A stretch of DNA of 61,360 nt, counting the filler, from Sphacelaria rigidula (lineage: Eukaryota), in the NCBI GenBank assembly GCA_964200075.2. It is 3 parts of 3 records of this genome, joined end to end, with 100 filler letters (N's around TTAATTAATTAA, not from the genome) between each part and the next. Parts side by side here need not be neighbours in the genome. Positions count along the whole stretch, not along the records: positions 40,980 to 61,360 come from CAXNAA020000536.1; 2 more parts are not named here. The stretch is one strand, 5' to 3'. This document shows, in pieces, positions 44,901 to 57,871 of the stretch (its first letter is position 1; every line of letters starts with the position of its first letter). The notes beneath the pieces are model-generated. The model did not search any database and was not told the DNA's origin. It was given only the letters and a program-made list of their open reading frames with translations. The position numbers and the translations under genes are program-made.

Positions 44901-47900
44901 GTACGGTTGTAGCCAGTGCCGCGTACTGAACCAAGTTCTTGGGGGTGTCCGCGTGTTTCTCGCGGGGCGAGGAGGGGGGGTGGGGGGACGTTTGGATCAT
45001 ATATAGAGAAACTTGTTACGAATTTGCTGTCCTCGTGGGTTGGGAAACGAGACCGAATATACCACCGCAAGTCTTTCCGCGGTGGCTGCAGCTTGCTGCA
45101 CGACTCAGGTAAAAGTATTCTTCTGTAGCACCCATCGGCGCTATGTGCTCATGGGATGTATTGTACACAATTTTCTGGCACATGGAAGGAAGAATCGAGG
45201 TTTGTGTCGGGTGCAAATTTTGCGCTGCTCGAAAAAATAAAACATTGCTAAAAAGCGTACAGACGGTACAATCGAAAAAGGCTACTGCTACACACTGACT
45301 GAAGTCAAAAAAAGACCGTACATTACGGCGGATGCAGATGGACATGAGATAAGCACAACATGTCTACAGAGATCAACCGATCGCACGCTGCAGGCGGAAG
45401 TGGGCAGTGTACATGGTAAGAGATGGTAAACCAGTCAGCGGCCGCATGACCAGCATAGCGTTAAAGACGCCGTGAGCAGCGTGGACATGATGAGACACAT
45501 CACGCGTCCCGTGTGCTCACCCCAAGCACAATATATTGCAATATACGAACACACCCTGACCCCCCAAAAATACAAAAAAATACCACGTTCAGTGTGCCCA
45601 TCCAAGTTACAAGGATAACATAGAAAGTTTTTTTTCAAACAGAAACAGATGACACCAGACGGTGCCATGGTTGCACAGGTGCCGTGAACAATGTAGGGCA
45701 AAGACCATGCGCCACAGGGATAACCAGCGATGACAACGGTTGACAGCGATATATCTTTGTGTCGTACCTCCCTTACGAACTACACGCTGTATTCAAGCAC
45801 TGTGATTGTAATATTCGCTGGCTGGACCCGTCGATGTAGATGCTGCGATTTCGTTCTTCTGGGTTTATATTTTTGGCTACTACTAACTCTACCCGTACTG
45901 TCTGTACATGAAAAGGGCAGTACAATCAGCACAGTAACGACTCCACTCTTGTATAATACTTTTACTATTTCGATACCAAAGCATATTTTCTCGTTTCATT
46001 TCTCGCCCTTAAACTCTGCCTGATGAGGTATCTTCGAACCACCCATCTTTGCTACCAATTTTCTCCGCAAGTGCTTCAACTTATGGAGAGCATATTGGTG
46101 CCCCGTGTGCGCGTAAACATGCTCTGTGCGTAGTCGCTAACCGCATCGTCTTTCTTGTGTTCCCGCAGCGTGATTTTGAGCCGAGACGCAAGCAGCCATG
46201 AAAGTAATCTGAGAGTGCTTTCTCCCGTAAATTTTCCCGACGCGCCGAGGGGAAAGTCGATGCCGTTCCTATTATAGCGTGTCGGGGTGTTGAAACGTGT
46301 TAGTAGAAGTTGGGGCGCGTTGCATGCCCTTTGTAGCGAGGAACCGCACCTCGGAGTTGCTGTTTCAAGGTGCAAATGGTATATTTCGAAGCTTGTCGAG
46401 GGGGTCATTTCACCGGAGGCGGAGGCGGGGACGCGCCGACCGAGAAAAACATAGTAGTTTGACCATAGCCAAAACCACGTTCATGTTTAGTCTTGAAGAT
46501 TTCGTCTTGTTCAGTTCAGGTCGTGTGTCACGCTTTGCGATTTCCTCCACCCGTTCATTGACCGCAATAGTTTACCGTTGGCGGCTAAACCGAGGAAGAA
46601 CACCTATGACCAGTGTTTAAAAAAATAATCACGTTGAAAGGTGCACAAAATCCAAGTGGGATCGTATTAACCACATTGGGCGTGTTACGCTGCACACAGT
46701 AGTCAGTACAGCACGGCCACCCATTATTGCACTGATTGTAGTGGCTGTCCTCTTTGTTCACACAGTACAGTACAATCAGTGCGAACTCAGTACAAACTGT
46801 TCTCCACTATACAGTCACAGCAACGTGCCGACCCGTGCAATGTTGTGCATGGTCCAGCATAGCAAATCGAACAAGGCAGTAAGCACGCTGCACACACCAG
46901 TAATACCGCACGGTATGGATATGCGCTGTGCTGTACTGTACTGTACTGACTATTATCTGAATACAACAGTGCACACAACACACCAGCGTGCGGTGGTGTG
47001 CTGTACTGCTTTTCTGTGTTGTATGGGCTCGGCATCTCTCCCCCACCGTCCGCCTCATATGTGTGCTTCCTGCAAGAGACTTTCGGCCATAACAAGTGGC
47101 GACCTCTTTTTTCGACCACTTTTGGGGGTCAAAACCACTTTTTTGGATCGAGTAAAAGTGGCTCGACCATCATTGGTGGATCTCACCACCTGAGATGATT
47201 AGATACTGATTGGCTGTAGTCAAACCACTTTCGCAGACACCCTGTTATGCTCATACAAACAACAAAAAACAAAAATACGCCAACCAAGTCCGCACCGTAC
47301 ATGTTGAACTCCCTCAACTATCACCACAAGTGGAGGGGGGTCATCGACCACCTAAAAGCTGCCCCAACGACCAGATTGGGGAAAATTAAACGTATTTCAA
47401 TATTTTCAAGGCTATGCCGCAAAAACAAACATTTACGTACTAAAACTACAGGAACATGAAAAATATTTCATCAAGAAACCTCAACTCTGAGCCAAGACCT
47501 GGCTCATGTCCAAGGCACAGGCACTGCTGGACAGGTGAGATCTAGTTCATGTACAGTCCATATTTGCCTTAGTCCCTCTGCGGCGACGCAGGTGCCAAAT
47601 TTCAAGACATTTGAGTCTCTCGACGGAGCTTGTTTGTGGTCACTAATCACGTAGCCTGCACATGCACGATATCACCCGGCGGAAAGCACCACGCAACAAA
47701 TCGCGCAAACTTCGTCGTCGTGGTCATTGAGATATGCTTCACCAACGAAAGGGTTCCCTCACGTTGAAGTAGGCGCGAGTTCATTGGTTCAGGTAGAAAA
47801 TTCAAAGTTTGTGTTCTGCGAGGTACGGGTACGTTCTGTAGGGTACGAGGTTCGTTGCAGAACTTACAGAACTGTCGGGTACCGGTATGAAAGTCTTACA

Positions 47901-50900
47901 GAAATTACAGGACTTGTCGGGTACGGTATGGGAGGCTTAGAGGAAACCGGCACCGGCAATCGGGTAGCTCTTTCAAGGAATGCCCGCCCGTCGGGTTAGG
48001 GTAAGTTTTTGTACAGAATCACAGAACTGTCGGATAAGGGTATGGGAGGCTTACAGAACTCACATAATCTGTCGGGTCGGGTACGAAGGTTGCACAGGAA
48101 ACCGTACCCGCAACCGGGTTTCATATCAAGAGCATACCCGTGCCCCCCCGTAACGGTACGGGAAGTTCACAAAACTGCCGGGTACGGTAAATACCCGGCA
48201 AAATACCCCGGGTATTCAGAAAACCGTACCCTACAGAACACAACCTTGGAAATTCCCCAGATTCGTAATGTTATACAGGACGCTTGCTTCACCGGAGATT
48301 CGCTGTCCTCGACGTGGGGGCAAGCGTGAATACATCATTCTTAAGAAAATACATGACGAGATTTGAGCGTGCGAGAGGATCTGGAAACACAACAACCACC
48401 TTCATATTGTTCATGTCAAGAGTACCCCCAACTACTCCGAACATGGCTGTGAAACGCACCTTTGAATACACGATGGTTTAGGCCACCTCACTAACTGATC
48501 GTTACACTGTACGGCATGAGTGATGACCTTGTGCCAGCGGTTCACGTCCTAGACAACCACCAATTACTATTTTTTTTTTTTCTAACCTTTGTGCGGCAAC
48601 GGTCACGGTCTATTCGTTAAAACCTACCTACATAGTATATATATACATATATTCAAGCCCGCGCATGTGAGCTAGTTACTGAGCCCAATTTTTCATCAAT
48701 TGTTTGATCAAAACGGAGGATATTTCGGGCGCAGGCTACCCCTGCTGCATGTCGTTCTCCGTTACATGAGTTATGGGGCCACGTCAAGAGTTCAGATCGG
48801 GAGGAGGCTTCAAAGTTTGTGCGACGGTGTGCAGAACCACCGCCTGTATTGTTCTGTTCATGCATGCAAAGTAGTGAACAGCGTATCTGATCGCTGCGAG
48901 GGTGTGTGCACTTGGCAACTATAACAACCCCGATTTGTGATCGAATCACGGCGATTCTTATCGATAATAAAATGGCCAGCGAAATAAGTGACGGGAACAA
49001 TTTTGTGCATTTCCGCCTGCTTTTTGCAGTTTGGGTCCGAGCATATTTGGATGCACATAACGACAAAATGCGGTGCAAGTTATCAACCGACGGCAAATAG
49101 TATTACCCACCTCGAAGTTGTTCACACGGGGTGATCACCAGATGCAATACGTCCCATGCAGCATCCGACAGCCTTGGCCGTAGTTCTCAATCAACTTGTT
49201 GATTATATACGCTTGATTTTGTGTCAATCCACCACGAACTGAAGCAGCAGAGCATGTTTTCGGACAAACGCGTCACCTCAAATTAACGTTTCTCCAAAAA
49301 AATGCAACAACCTTTCACGCAGTTGGCTGCTGCTTTCAAACATCTCATCCACGTCACTGGAAGAAATACCCTGTACTGCGGCGCACTGCGGCGACTTCTG
49401 GAGGTGTCAGGCGTCCAGCGTGAGCGTAGTGTAGGTGCCGGTGCATGCATTGAAATATTGACCCCATGTTTCCACCGTTTACGTCACGGCAGGGTAGGGA
49501 CGGATCCCCTATGGGGTTGACTTCGGTTGGCAATGGCGTTGACAAACGCGCCACTCACTGGGTAAGCTCGGCAACCAGGTTACCTTTTTTTTTTGCGCTG
49601 GCGATTTTTTTGTGGTAACTATGACGGTGGTCGAGCTATATCATATTCTACGGGGTGGGAGAACCTCCATTCCGCGCAAAGGGGACGATGATACTATGTA
49701 GTATTCAAATGGAGAGACACCCATAAGGCAGTGTGAAAGCCGTAGCTGTCGATGGAAGTCGTGAGATCAGAAAAGGAAGCAACTCATCGGAGGGTGTCAT
49801 CCAAATGCAAGGTAACCAGTACTTGCTTCGGGCCGAACAGTCTTAGCAGGATGTAGCTCACCCTTCATGCGACTCGCCGACTATATCACGGCCCTTTGCG
49901 CTCCGTGATTGATTACGAGTCCGTGATTGCGAGTCCGGTCCGGCGAAAGCCCGTCGTGCTCCGTCCCGGCTTTGTAGCGATGCGAGACCGATGATCAACT
50001 GACTACAACTGTATTGTATGCAAGACCACGAGTATACCCACGTTTCCACCGGTGGTACGTCACAACCGCTGGACTTTCATCTGATTGGTACGACACGTCT
50101 TTATCGCTGCGTATTCGCTCGGTAAAGTTAAAGGTCCTGTTTTGGGCCATTGCAGCAGCGAGCGCAGAAACGAGATAATGAAATGAAGCAACTACGACAA
50201 AAATGACGTGGACCAATCAGATCGGATATTTTCGATTCCGCCGCTCATTTCCATTGACCAACTACACGCCCTCTTGCTCGGAACAAAACTTGTTCCGCAA
50301 CCACTCTTATCGAGAAAGAACGCAGTTCGATCGATTTTTGTGTTCATCATTCCCTCAAGTGCCGCCATCAGGTCGTGTCGGAAATGGCTGCACAGTGCGA
50401 AATGGCGGAGGTGCCGGATTGGCGTATCAGACCGCACGGCGCACTCCGGGGTGGTTGTACCTCAGCAGAGCAGATTTTCGTGCTATATTTTACTGTTATC
50501 CGGGCTGTTTCCCGCTGACACACTTTCTGTTTCAAGAAATGGGACTGTCCTGTTGCACTGGGAACCTGCGCTACTTCGTGTACAAGATATCACTTTGATG
50601 CACGTATAGACATTCGGGTCACATGAAACGATGCAACAGTATTGTGGATTTTTCCTGTCGGCAATCGGCAACGCATCCATGACACTGCAGTACAACACGA
50701 GTACAATCGCAGGCAGCCCTGTCTGTTGACAAGTACAGATGGCGTACCTCATTGACACCGATGACCGAGTACGTCGTCCCCAAGTCCACACCTACAACAG
50801 TCTGTCGTCCGCGAAAACCAGAAGCTGCAAGCACTGCACACGTACCTAGAACGGTAGCAGAAAGCGCAGTCGTCGGGGGTGGGTGGGGTTGGGGGGGGGG

Positions 50901-51064
50901 GGGGGAACAAGCACGATCGACTTGAAAATTTAAAATGGGGGCGTAGGTAGTGTTGCAGGTTGGGGGATAAAACGGTGCGGACGNNNNNNNNNNCCCACAA
51001 ACAGCCGTGCGCACCCGCGAAAAAAGAGGCGCGGCCAGCACCCGAAAAGAGGAGGGGGGGGGGG

Positions 51065-51113
<49 letters not shown>

Positions 51114-51325
51114 GAACAAGCACGATCGACTTGAAAATTTAACATGTGGGCGTAGGTAGTGTTGCAGGTTGCGGGATAACACGGTGCGGACGCCTGAGGC
51201 CGTCTCACGTACACATCAATGGCGTCAACCTCGTTCTTGATATACACGCAGATCCTCGAAGCTGGGGCACGACGAATCTCACCTACGACAACAGAGACCA
51301 GGACCATCAGTTGAGGCCCGGACAT
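41902..51325 (-). CDS. Hsp70-family protein, HSPA13/STCH-like, with N-terminal hydrophobic leader; 3' end missing at the assembly gap
   Basis: Exons: 51283-51325 (MSGPQLMVLVSVVV), 50748-50833 (VVGVDLGTTYS), 42726-42892 (PSVVSF, TIYGAKRFIG), 42360-42455, 41902-42091 (VSPQTVGSHVL, AVIAVPAKFDQRQRGATVEAFRLAGL). All GT-AG and in phase. Hsp70 membership is secure; the HSPA13 subfamily call is by recalled motif similarity. Confidence 0.82.
44475..44851 (-). mobile_element. tRNA-derived SINE (family 1), apparently full length
   Basis: On the minus strand: A box TGGCTCAGTCGG (44826-44837), B box GGTTCGAATCT (44783-44793), unique body and a (CA)-rich tail. The body is repeated at 13672-13882. Confidence 0.75.
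47803..48248. mobile_element. TIR element with internal tandem subrepeats, in Hsp70 intron 2
   Basis: Left CAAAGTTTGTGTTCTG..GGTACGG; right reverse complement CAAGGTTGTGTTCTG..GGTACGG. Repeated internal CAGAAC..GTCGGGTA(C)GG units. Confidence 0.65.
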
Positions 51326-51753
51326 GATGGCGAGGCGCCCGCCGACACGCAACACTGTTTGCTATGTGTATACTATACCCCAGCACGGTTCACGTTAGTT
51401 TCTGTATCAGACCCGCGACATTACAAGCAATCTACGACAGCGACGGTCATGTTTGGGTCGTTAGTTTGAATTAAGGCTGAACAAATTTTATCTGTGGATT
51501 TCTATTGCTCTGCTCCCGCAGAATCAACTTCATTTAAGCTTCATTTACTCTAATATATTTTAATTTTTGCTTAGGCCGTCTCTTTTTTGAAGTTTTCTCT
51601 ATTTGACCGCGAACCTGAACACATGAAATATCAGAAATGAAGACTGTGTAGGCATGTTGTTGGATAATAACTATTGGATTGCCACGAAGCGCGGCGAGTG
51701 GTTGGGCAACCCTCGGGGCCACACCACGTTTCACGGCCAGACACCCCGCAAGC
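51326..51753. promoter_or_regulatory. Probable bidirectional promoter, Hsp70-like gene / RPL11
   Basis: Only 428 bp separate the two divergent start codons. Inferred from position; no specific motif identified. Confidence 0.5.
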
Positions 51754-54700
51754 ATGGTGAGCTCACGATAAGTATAGGCAATGTCAGCGCTTTACTCTGC
51801 TGTAGTGGCGCTGTGCAAGTAGGCAGTGACTGCTGAGAAAATGTACCTGGAAATATGCCTGGATATATGCTTGACTGTGCTGTGGCGTACACATGGATTT
51901 GATGGTGCTCGGTGAAGGGGGGCTTCCCTCTGCGATGGTACACCAGCAGGTGCCCACGAAGGCACACAAGCCGGGAATGGTGAACCTAGATGTACATAAA
52001 AGAGATTCTGTCGATGTATATCATCTGCAAAACGACTTGCAGTGGGTGTATTGGTACCAGCAATGCAATACCGAGTTGTTGCCACAGGGTAGATGTAGCG
52101 TGCGGTACTGGAAACTACAACAGTACTGTCTTTACCCAACTGTACAGGTCGTGTCGTACCCTACTCAATGTATCATCGCTGTACATGTTCCGATGGTGAA
52201 GAGTGCTCTCGGGTACTTATGACGGGTGAATGATACCAAGCAGTAAGGTGTGATGCGCTACGTGTAAGCCTGAAACTTGACGACTGTAGCATCACATCGT
52301 ACAGCACCTTTAGTTGTACGCCTCTAGCGCGGGAAGGTCTCGCATCGAGGAGCTTGGTCAAGTAACATGGAGAACTTCCGTCGTCGACACTGAACAAAAT
52401 ACTCCCATGTACGCGGTCATCTTGAACACACCCCCGAGTGTCGATTTTTAGCACATCTCCTGTACAACTGTTGTGCTCTACCGTCCGCCCCGACAAGATG
52501 TAACGGTAGTGTGGGGGTGTTAATTTGTAGGATCCGTGCTATACGAATGTGCTATACCGCCCGCCCCGACAAGACATTACGGTAAACCTCGTCGTCAGCA
52601 TGAGACGTTTTACCTTCGTGCTGTGAATCGTTGGAAATGACGGCGAACGCACACAGCTCAAATGCACACTGCCGTACAGTCCTCTCTCGTGCCTCCCCGC
52701 AACGTTCTGTATTGTCTAATTCACTGTTGAAGAGCAGCACTCGATGTGATGCGCCGTGTGCATTTTGACTGTGTCTTGGTCGGAGCTTGAGTTCGAATAC
52801 CGTTCCCCTCGGCATTCTTTAGGCGGAAACAAAGACCAACCCGATGAGGGACCTGAAGGTCGACAAGCTGGTTCTCAACTGCTCCGTAGGAGAGTCCGGT
52901 GACAGGCTGACTCGTGCGGCGAAGGTGCTGGAGCAACTCACGGGGCAATCTCCGGTATACTCGAAGGGTGAGGGTTGCTGGTGTTCGTCCGTCTTCATGC
53001 TGTGTTTTAACGTCAGAGCAGTCCGGAGTTGACGAGGACTTCACTGTGCCTGCCGCAGGAGGAGGGGCAAAAAATCTCCGTAGTCGACGCGCCTCTGGGT
53101 GGACAGGGAATCCACAAGATACATCACTACGAAACACTGAGACGAAAATATCGGTCTTCCTTAATACAATCCCTGAAATCCTCTTGCGAAAGTGCTGAAG
53201 AGTTGTTGACAAGTGAGAACGAGTTGTGTTGCGTAAGAGATAGCTTCGACGACGGAATCCAGTTCAGACGAAACTACGAGCTGAACTGCTAAAAAACCTT
53301 GGAACCATGGCCCCCCAACAGCTTCGTCAGTGTCCGGAATCCGCTCGATTTAAGCATATCGCAGTGAGCTGACCTATCCTCCAGCATCTGCAGCATAGAG
53401 CTCTGCCACTGCTCGATTGGCGCAGTTTGGAGGATAGCGTTATTCCACTGCGTTGAATATCGGCTATGGCTCATATCGTAGCGCGATGGTGTGTTTAGGG
53501 ACGTTTCCTTCTACCATACGCGGCGGAATCATGACAAGCAACCCGATATGCAGTCAAGAGCGCAATGGTGAAAGCTGCATCCATCAAGCTCGTCAGCAGG
53601 TCGTTGAACAGTGCCTTCTTTGTATGTGCCAAGCGAAGTAATATCATTTTGTTGATAAGTACGTTGGCCAAAGTAAACCGGTTGAACGCGATAGACTGCA
53701 TAAAGCTGACTGATTCGAAAACATATCGGCGATCGTGGATGATCGCAGCAGCTCTGTACAGCTGAAAGTCAGCTAAATCATGTCGGGGGGGGGGGGGCAT
53801 CTACCAGCTCATATTGAAAAAACGTCATGTCAGAATTCGAACTCGTGACCTGTGTAATTTGAGGCTCCATCAGTTGGACCACCGGTGTTAAGCGTGATCT
53901 CCCGACTTGACCGTCTCATTCTTCGAAGGGTTGTGTGTACGTGACAAAATTTCGAGCGGAACACTGTGCACGTCGCAACTTTTACCCAAAAGTTAGCCCT
54001 TTCAGCGCCCGCTGTTAACTGGCTGTTCTTGGTCTCGCCGATTCGTGGAGGATGTCAATGATATGGGCAAACAGCTGGCTCAGAGCGAATGACCGGAATT
54101 TACCCCCAGTCGATGATCTGATCAACTGACGTCGTACTCGTGCAGTTGAGCTTGAAACGACCGTTTGGGATCAACTTCTCGAGTTACGGAACCAAATGTA
54201 CAGACGTTCCTTGGACCATGGTAACCTGAATTCCGAATGGGCATAGTCTAACTCGGAAGTTTTCTCGCTTATACACTTGGATAAAGTTATTTTGCTGGCG
54301 CCAATACATTTTGGTGAAATTATTGAATCGTCCAACCCAGGTTCCAAGTTATGGCTGGTCGACATCATCCGGCGATACGAGTAGATACCCCGTTTATCAG
54401 GAAGGTATTGCTGACAGTCAACACACGGGTATTCGGCTTGAGTGCAACAATTGGTTGAAAAACGAGTATTTTCATCTCTTCACCAATAAAATCAGGACAG
54501 GCTTGATCGACGAAAAATCCCGCAGAGTCAAAATCTGGGCTAAAGAGTGGCAGGACCTCCGGTGACCTGTCTGCACGTGAGTCACTCGGAATGGAGTGAA
54601 AATCCATTTTGTGGGGAGATGTGTAGCGGATACTAGTACCTCCAGGGCCCCAATGTGATGAGCACTGGCGAGCGACAGATTCGGAGAAAATCGCCAATTA

Positions 54701-57700
54701 TTGAGAAATCACGATTTTTTTCGCTTTGAACTTGACGTACGGGCCTACGGGGTCTCCACGCTGGGACCCCTGGAAACCGGTAGAGCGAATGTGGGGTGTA
54801 CACTTCCCATCTAATACGTCACGCCCTTCATCTTTTGGCATTAGGCAAACTGTGGGTACGTGTTTATATGCATTGCCCACTGACGACGTGATCGAGGCTG
54901 ATATACTTACACGGCAACGCTGCTGGCTGGGGATTCTGCACCTCGAAGAGTATGTTGTACTACCGAACCGTAGTAACATCTTTTTCGAATGAAGGCGTTC
55001 CTGCCCAAGATGAAGTATTCCGAACTCCCGGCTACAATGGCCATTTGGCCGTCGGACACGTGGAGGATTGAGTACTTGGGCTCCGAAGATCCTCTGTCTC
55101 GGGAATCCGTCTCGACAGGATCACTGATGACTGCAGCGTGGCAAGTGTAATCGTACGCGGTAGCCGCCGTATGTCTTCTGTACGCGTATCATTGTACACT
55201 CCTTTTCGGAGTATGACAAATGCACTCTGTGTCCGTGGGGGCTTCTGTGTCACGCTCCGGCACTCATAGCTGTACCTGTAGGAGTCTTGCTCGACACATC
55301 AACACCACCCACAACACCTCAGTGAAGGCCGATTGCTGTACCATTATTCTTGTTCAGTGAAGCAGGTGGCAGTCGAGGAACGCGACAACAATTTTACATC
55401 CATCGCGACTCAGCTTTTTCATCGTACCTGAGCCTGATCCACAACGAATTTTGACCGGTTGGAAATTGTGCTTGTTCGCCCGAAGTTTATTGAAATTTAA
55501 TCATATCTCCTCCGCGATAGTTGTTTTGCCACATGAAGGGAAATTCCCCACGTGCCTGCTTTTTTGTGCCCTACCGTTCATCGTCACGACCGATCTCTCC
55601 CTCTGTTATCGACCATGTTGTTTCCGCGTGTTCTATTTGGCAGCGCGCTACACCGTCCGGTCTTTCGGTATCCGCCGTAATGAGAAGATCGCATGCCACG
55701 TGACGGTGAGTTTTTGCTACGGTGAAGCAAAACGTATAAAGTGGAATAGTTCCCCCTCACATCGGAGAGGCATTTTTTTTTTTTCTGGGCAGTGGCGATC
55801 ATGCACCGTAGGTCCTGTCGCTTCCATCTGGAAGTGAGGTCATCACCAGAGAAAATTTTGCCGAAGCGAGTTGATGTCTAATACATGACATGTACAACGA
55901 GGTAGTCACCGCGCGCAAGGAAAACCCACCGTTCTTGAGCATGGGCAACTGCAAAGCAACTTCCTTGAAACTGTCGTACAGAACACATATGGTTGATGAT
56001 CCTCATGTGTCGAACTTTACATTTGGTTGCGGACGTGCGGCTACCAGGTTCGCGGGGACAAGGCGTTGGAGATTCTTGAGCGAGGGCTGAAGGTCAAGGA
56101 GTATGAGCTCAAGCTCAAAAACTTCTCGAACACTGGTAGCTTTGGCTTTGGAATCCAAGAGCACATTGACCTTGGGCTCAAGTACGACCCCTCCACCGGT
56201 GAGCAAGGATGTTGATTTTACTTCCTTGCCCGAGAGGCCTGCGTAGGCTTGCATTGAAAACTATTCTATCGTCACCTCTTTCCCACTTGACCTCGGGCCC
56301 GGTATAGATGGTGATTGTCTCCCCAAGGAGTGCTTTCGTACATGACATTCTTTCCTCATCGAAAGGAAAGTGCGGTGGAGTTGATTCGAGGAACTCGCTC
56401 GTTTCGCACGAGTTGGGTCTGAGCGGAGTTGCAAGCTTTCGATGGAGGGAAGACTGAACCTCGTGAATAGTTACTCGTTCGCTTGTGGTCCGGACATTCA
56501 GTGCTGTTTTGTACTGGGAGTGTTTCGCGCAGTAAAATGTAAACATGAGCGGGCAACGTGCATCACATATAGCGCAGGACACATACTCCCCGTCATCGTG
56601 GCTCTCAGAACGACGGATGCAACTTACACAAATCAGACAAATATGTTTCACTTTTTCGCCGAAGCGGTTTATTCCAAATTGTTCAGCAAAAGATGATGAC
56701 TTCGAACGCCACTGGAAGCATGAAAAAACAATCGTTTTGAAGTACGTTCAAGGGCGGCCTGCACGAAAAATTGTTCCCATGTGTCCAACTCCTATACTGT
56801 GGTGTGAAATTCAGGCTACCTCCCTGTTCGAGTGATTTGATGAGACTTTGTACGTCACTCCCTATGCATATTTTTGTAGGTATCTATGGTATGGACTTCT
56901 TCGTTGTGCTTAACCGCCCGGGTTACCGCGTGGCGAAGCGCAAGGCGAAGTGCGCGAAGATCGGGTACCAACACAAGGTCACCAAGACAGACGCGGTCAA
57001 GTGGTTCCAGGTATGTTGCCCAAATGTGGACTCGAGATCGCAGGCTACCTGTATAATTATCTTTTGTCCGATTACTCGAAGTGACATGGTAGGTGCCTCC
57101 CGGATGTTCCGAGGGAGTTCTTGCTGTTGTGGTGTCTGATATTACGTGCCACACCATAGGAATAGTACCCTTCTTTACTCCTGTCTGCTCACCGTTGTTG
57201 ACAACTGAGCTTCTAACGTGAGCACTGCTGTTCCTTTTCAATAAGACGGAAGCGGTAGTTTGTGCGGTAGTTTGTGAAGACGAGCGTTTCAACGCGGCGC
57301 ACCTCGCGTCTGACGATGCCAAAACTCAAGGTCGGTGTAGTTCGAGACCTCGAGTAGGTGTTGACGGAACAGTACCGGCGACACGCGTTTTGTGCGCTCC
57401 GTGGCTCGAGGATTATGCACGACCAAATTTCTTTCGGAACATTTTCCACGTTCTGTTCTCGACCGTATAGGGCACAAAACGAAACTCGCGCGTAGGAAGC
57501 GTAGTCGTTCAACTCTCGGTCCTCCAGCGCAGTCCAAAAAGACGGCTTTCTGTGCTGACAAATGGATAGTTATCTTCTCGGAATTTGTGCTCCTCTACCC
57601 TCGGCATGTTTCACATCGCGGAGCATGACCGTTCGAAATGCAAAGTTCGTTTTGAATTAAAATTCATTGAATCGCCTCCATATTTTTTTCGGAAAATAGC

Positions 57701-57871
57701 TCGGCATGTGGCTTTCACTTGATGAGCAGTAAGAATCGATTGCTGGCTACGCTGAGGATGAAAAATGACACTTCTGATCTTGATTACCCGTTTTTTCCGC
57801 TGCTCATTACCGGTGCCCTGCTATTGATGTTGCCCCTGCAGGCGAAATTCGAGGGTATCGTAACTGGATGA
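51754..57871 (+). CDS. RPL11: 60S ribosomal protein L11 (uL5), 6 exons, 173 aa
   Basis: Exons: 51754-51756 (ATG|GTGAG), 52823-52967 ([37 protein letters not shown]), 55644-55705 ([20 protein letters not shown]), 56048-56198 ([33 protein letters not shown]), 56880-57010 ([11 protein letters not shown]), 57842-57871 (AKFEGIVTG*). Total 522 nt. The ATG-only first exon is the least certain part. Confidence 0.96.
53817..53895 (-). mobile_element. tRNA-derived SINE-like head (family 2), second copy, in RPL11 intron 2
   Basis: Minus strand reads TGGTCCAACTGA ... AATTACACAGGTCACGAGTTCGAATTCTGACATGAC, followed by a T run. Confidence 0.58.

Noticed and set aside
50820..51192. Apparent tandem duplication with long poly-G/poly-Pro ORFs and a degenerate second copy of Hsp70 exon 2
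   Set aside because: Two versions of the same segment flank a 10-N gap (50984-50993), each degrading after a G homopolymer. This is most likely an unmerged contig overlap with low-quality sequence.
52479..52584. CRISPR-like repeat-spacer geometry
   Set aside because: Only two imperfect copies, inside a eukaryotic intron, with no cas genes.
54051..54133. Second possible C/D snoRNA
   Set aside because: Box C is non-canonical (ATGATA), stem spacing is poor, and there is only a short rRNA-like match.
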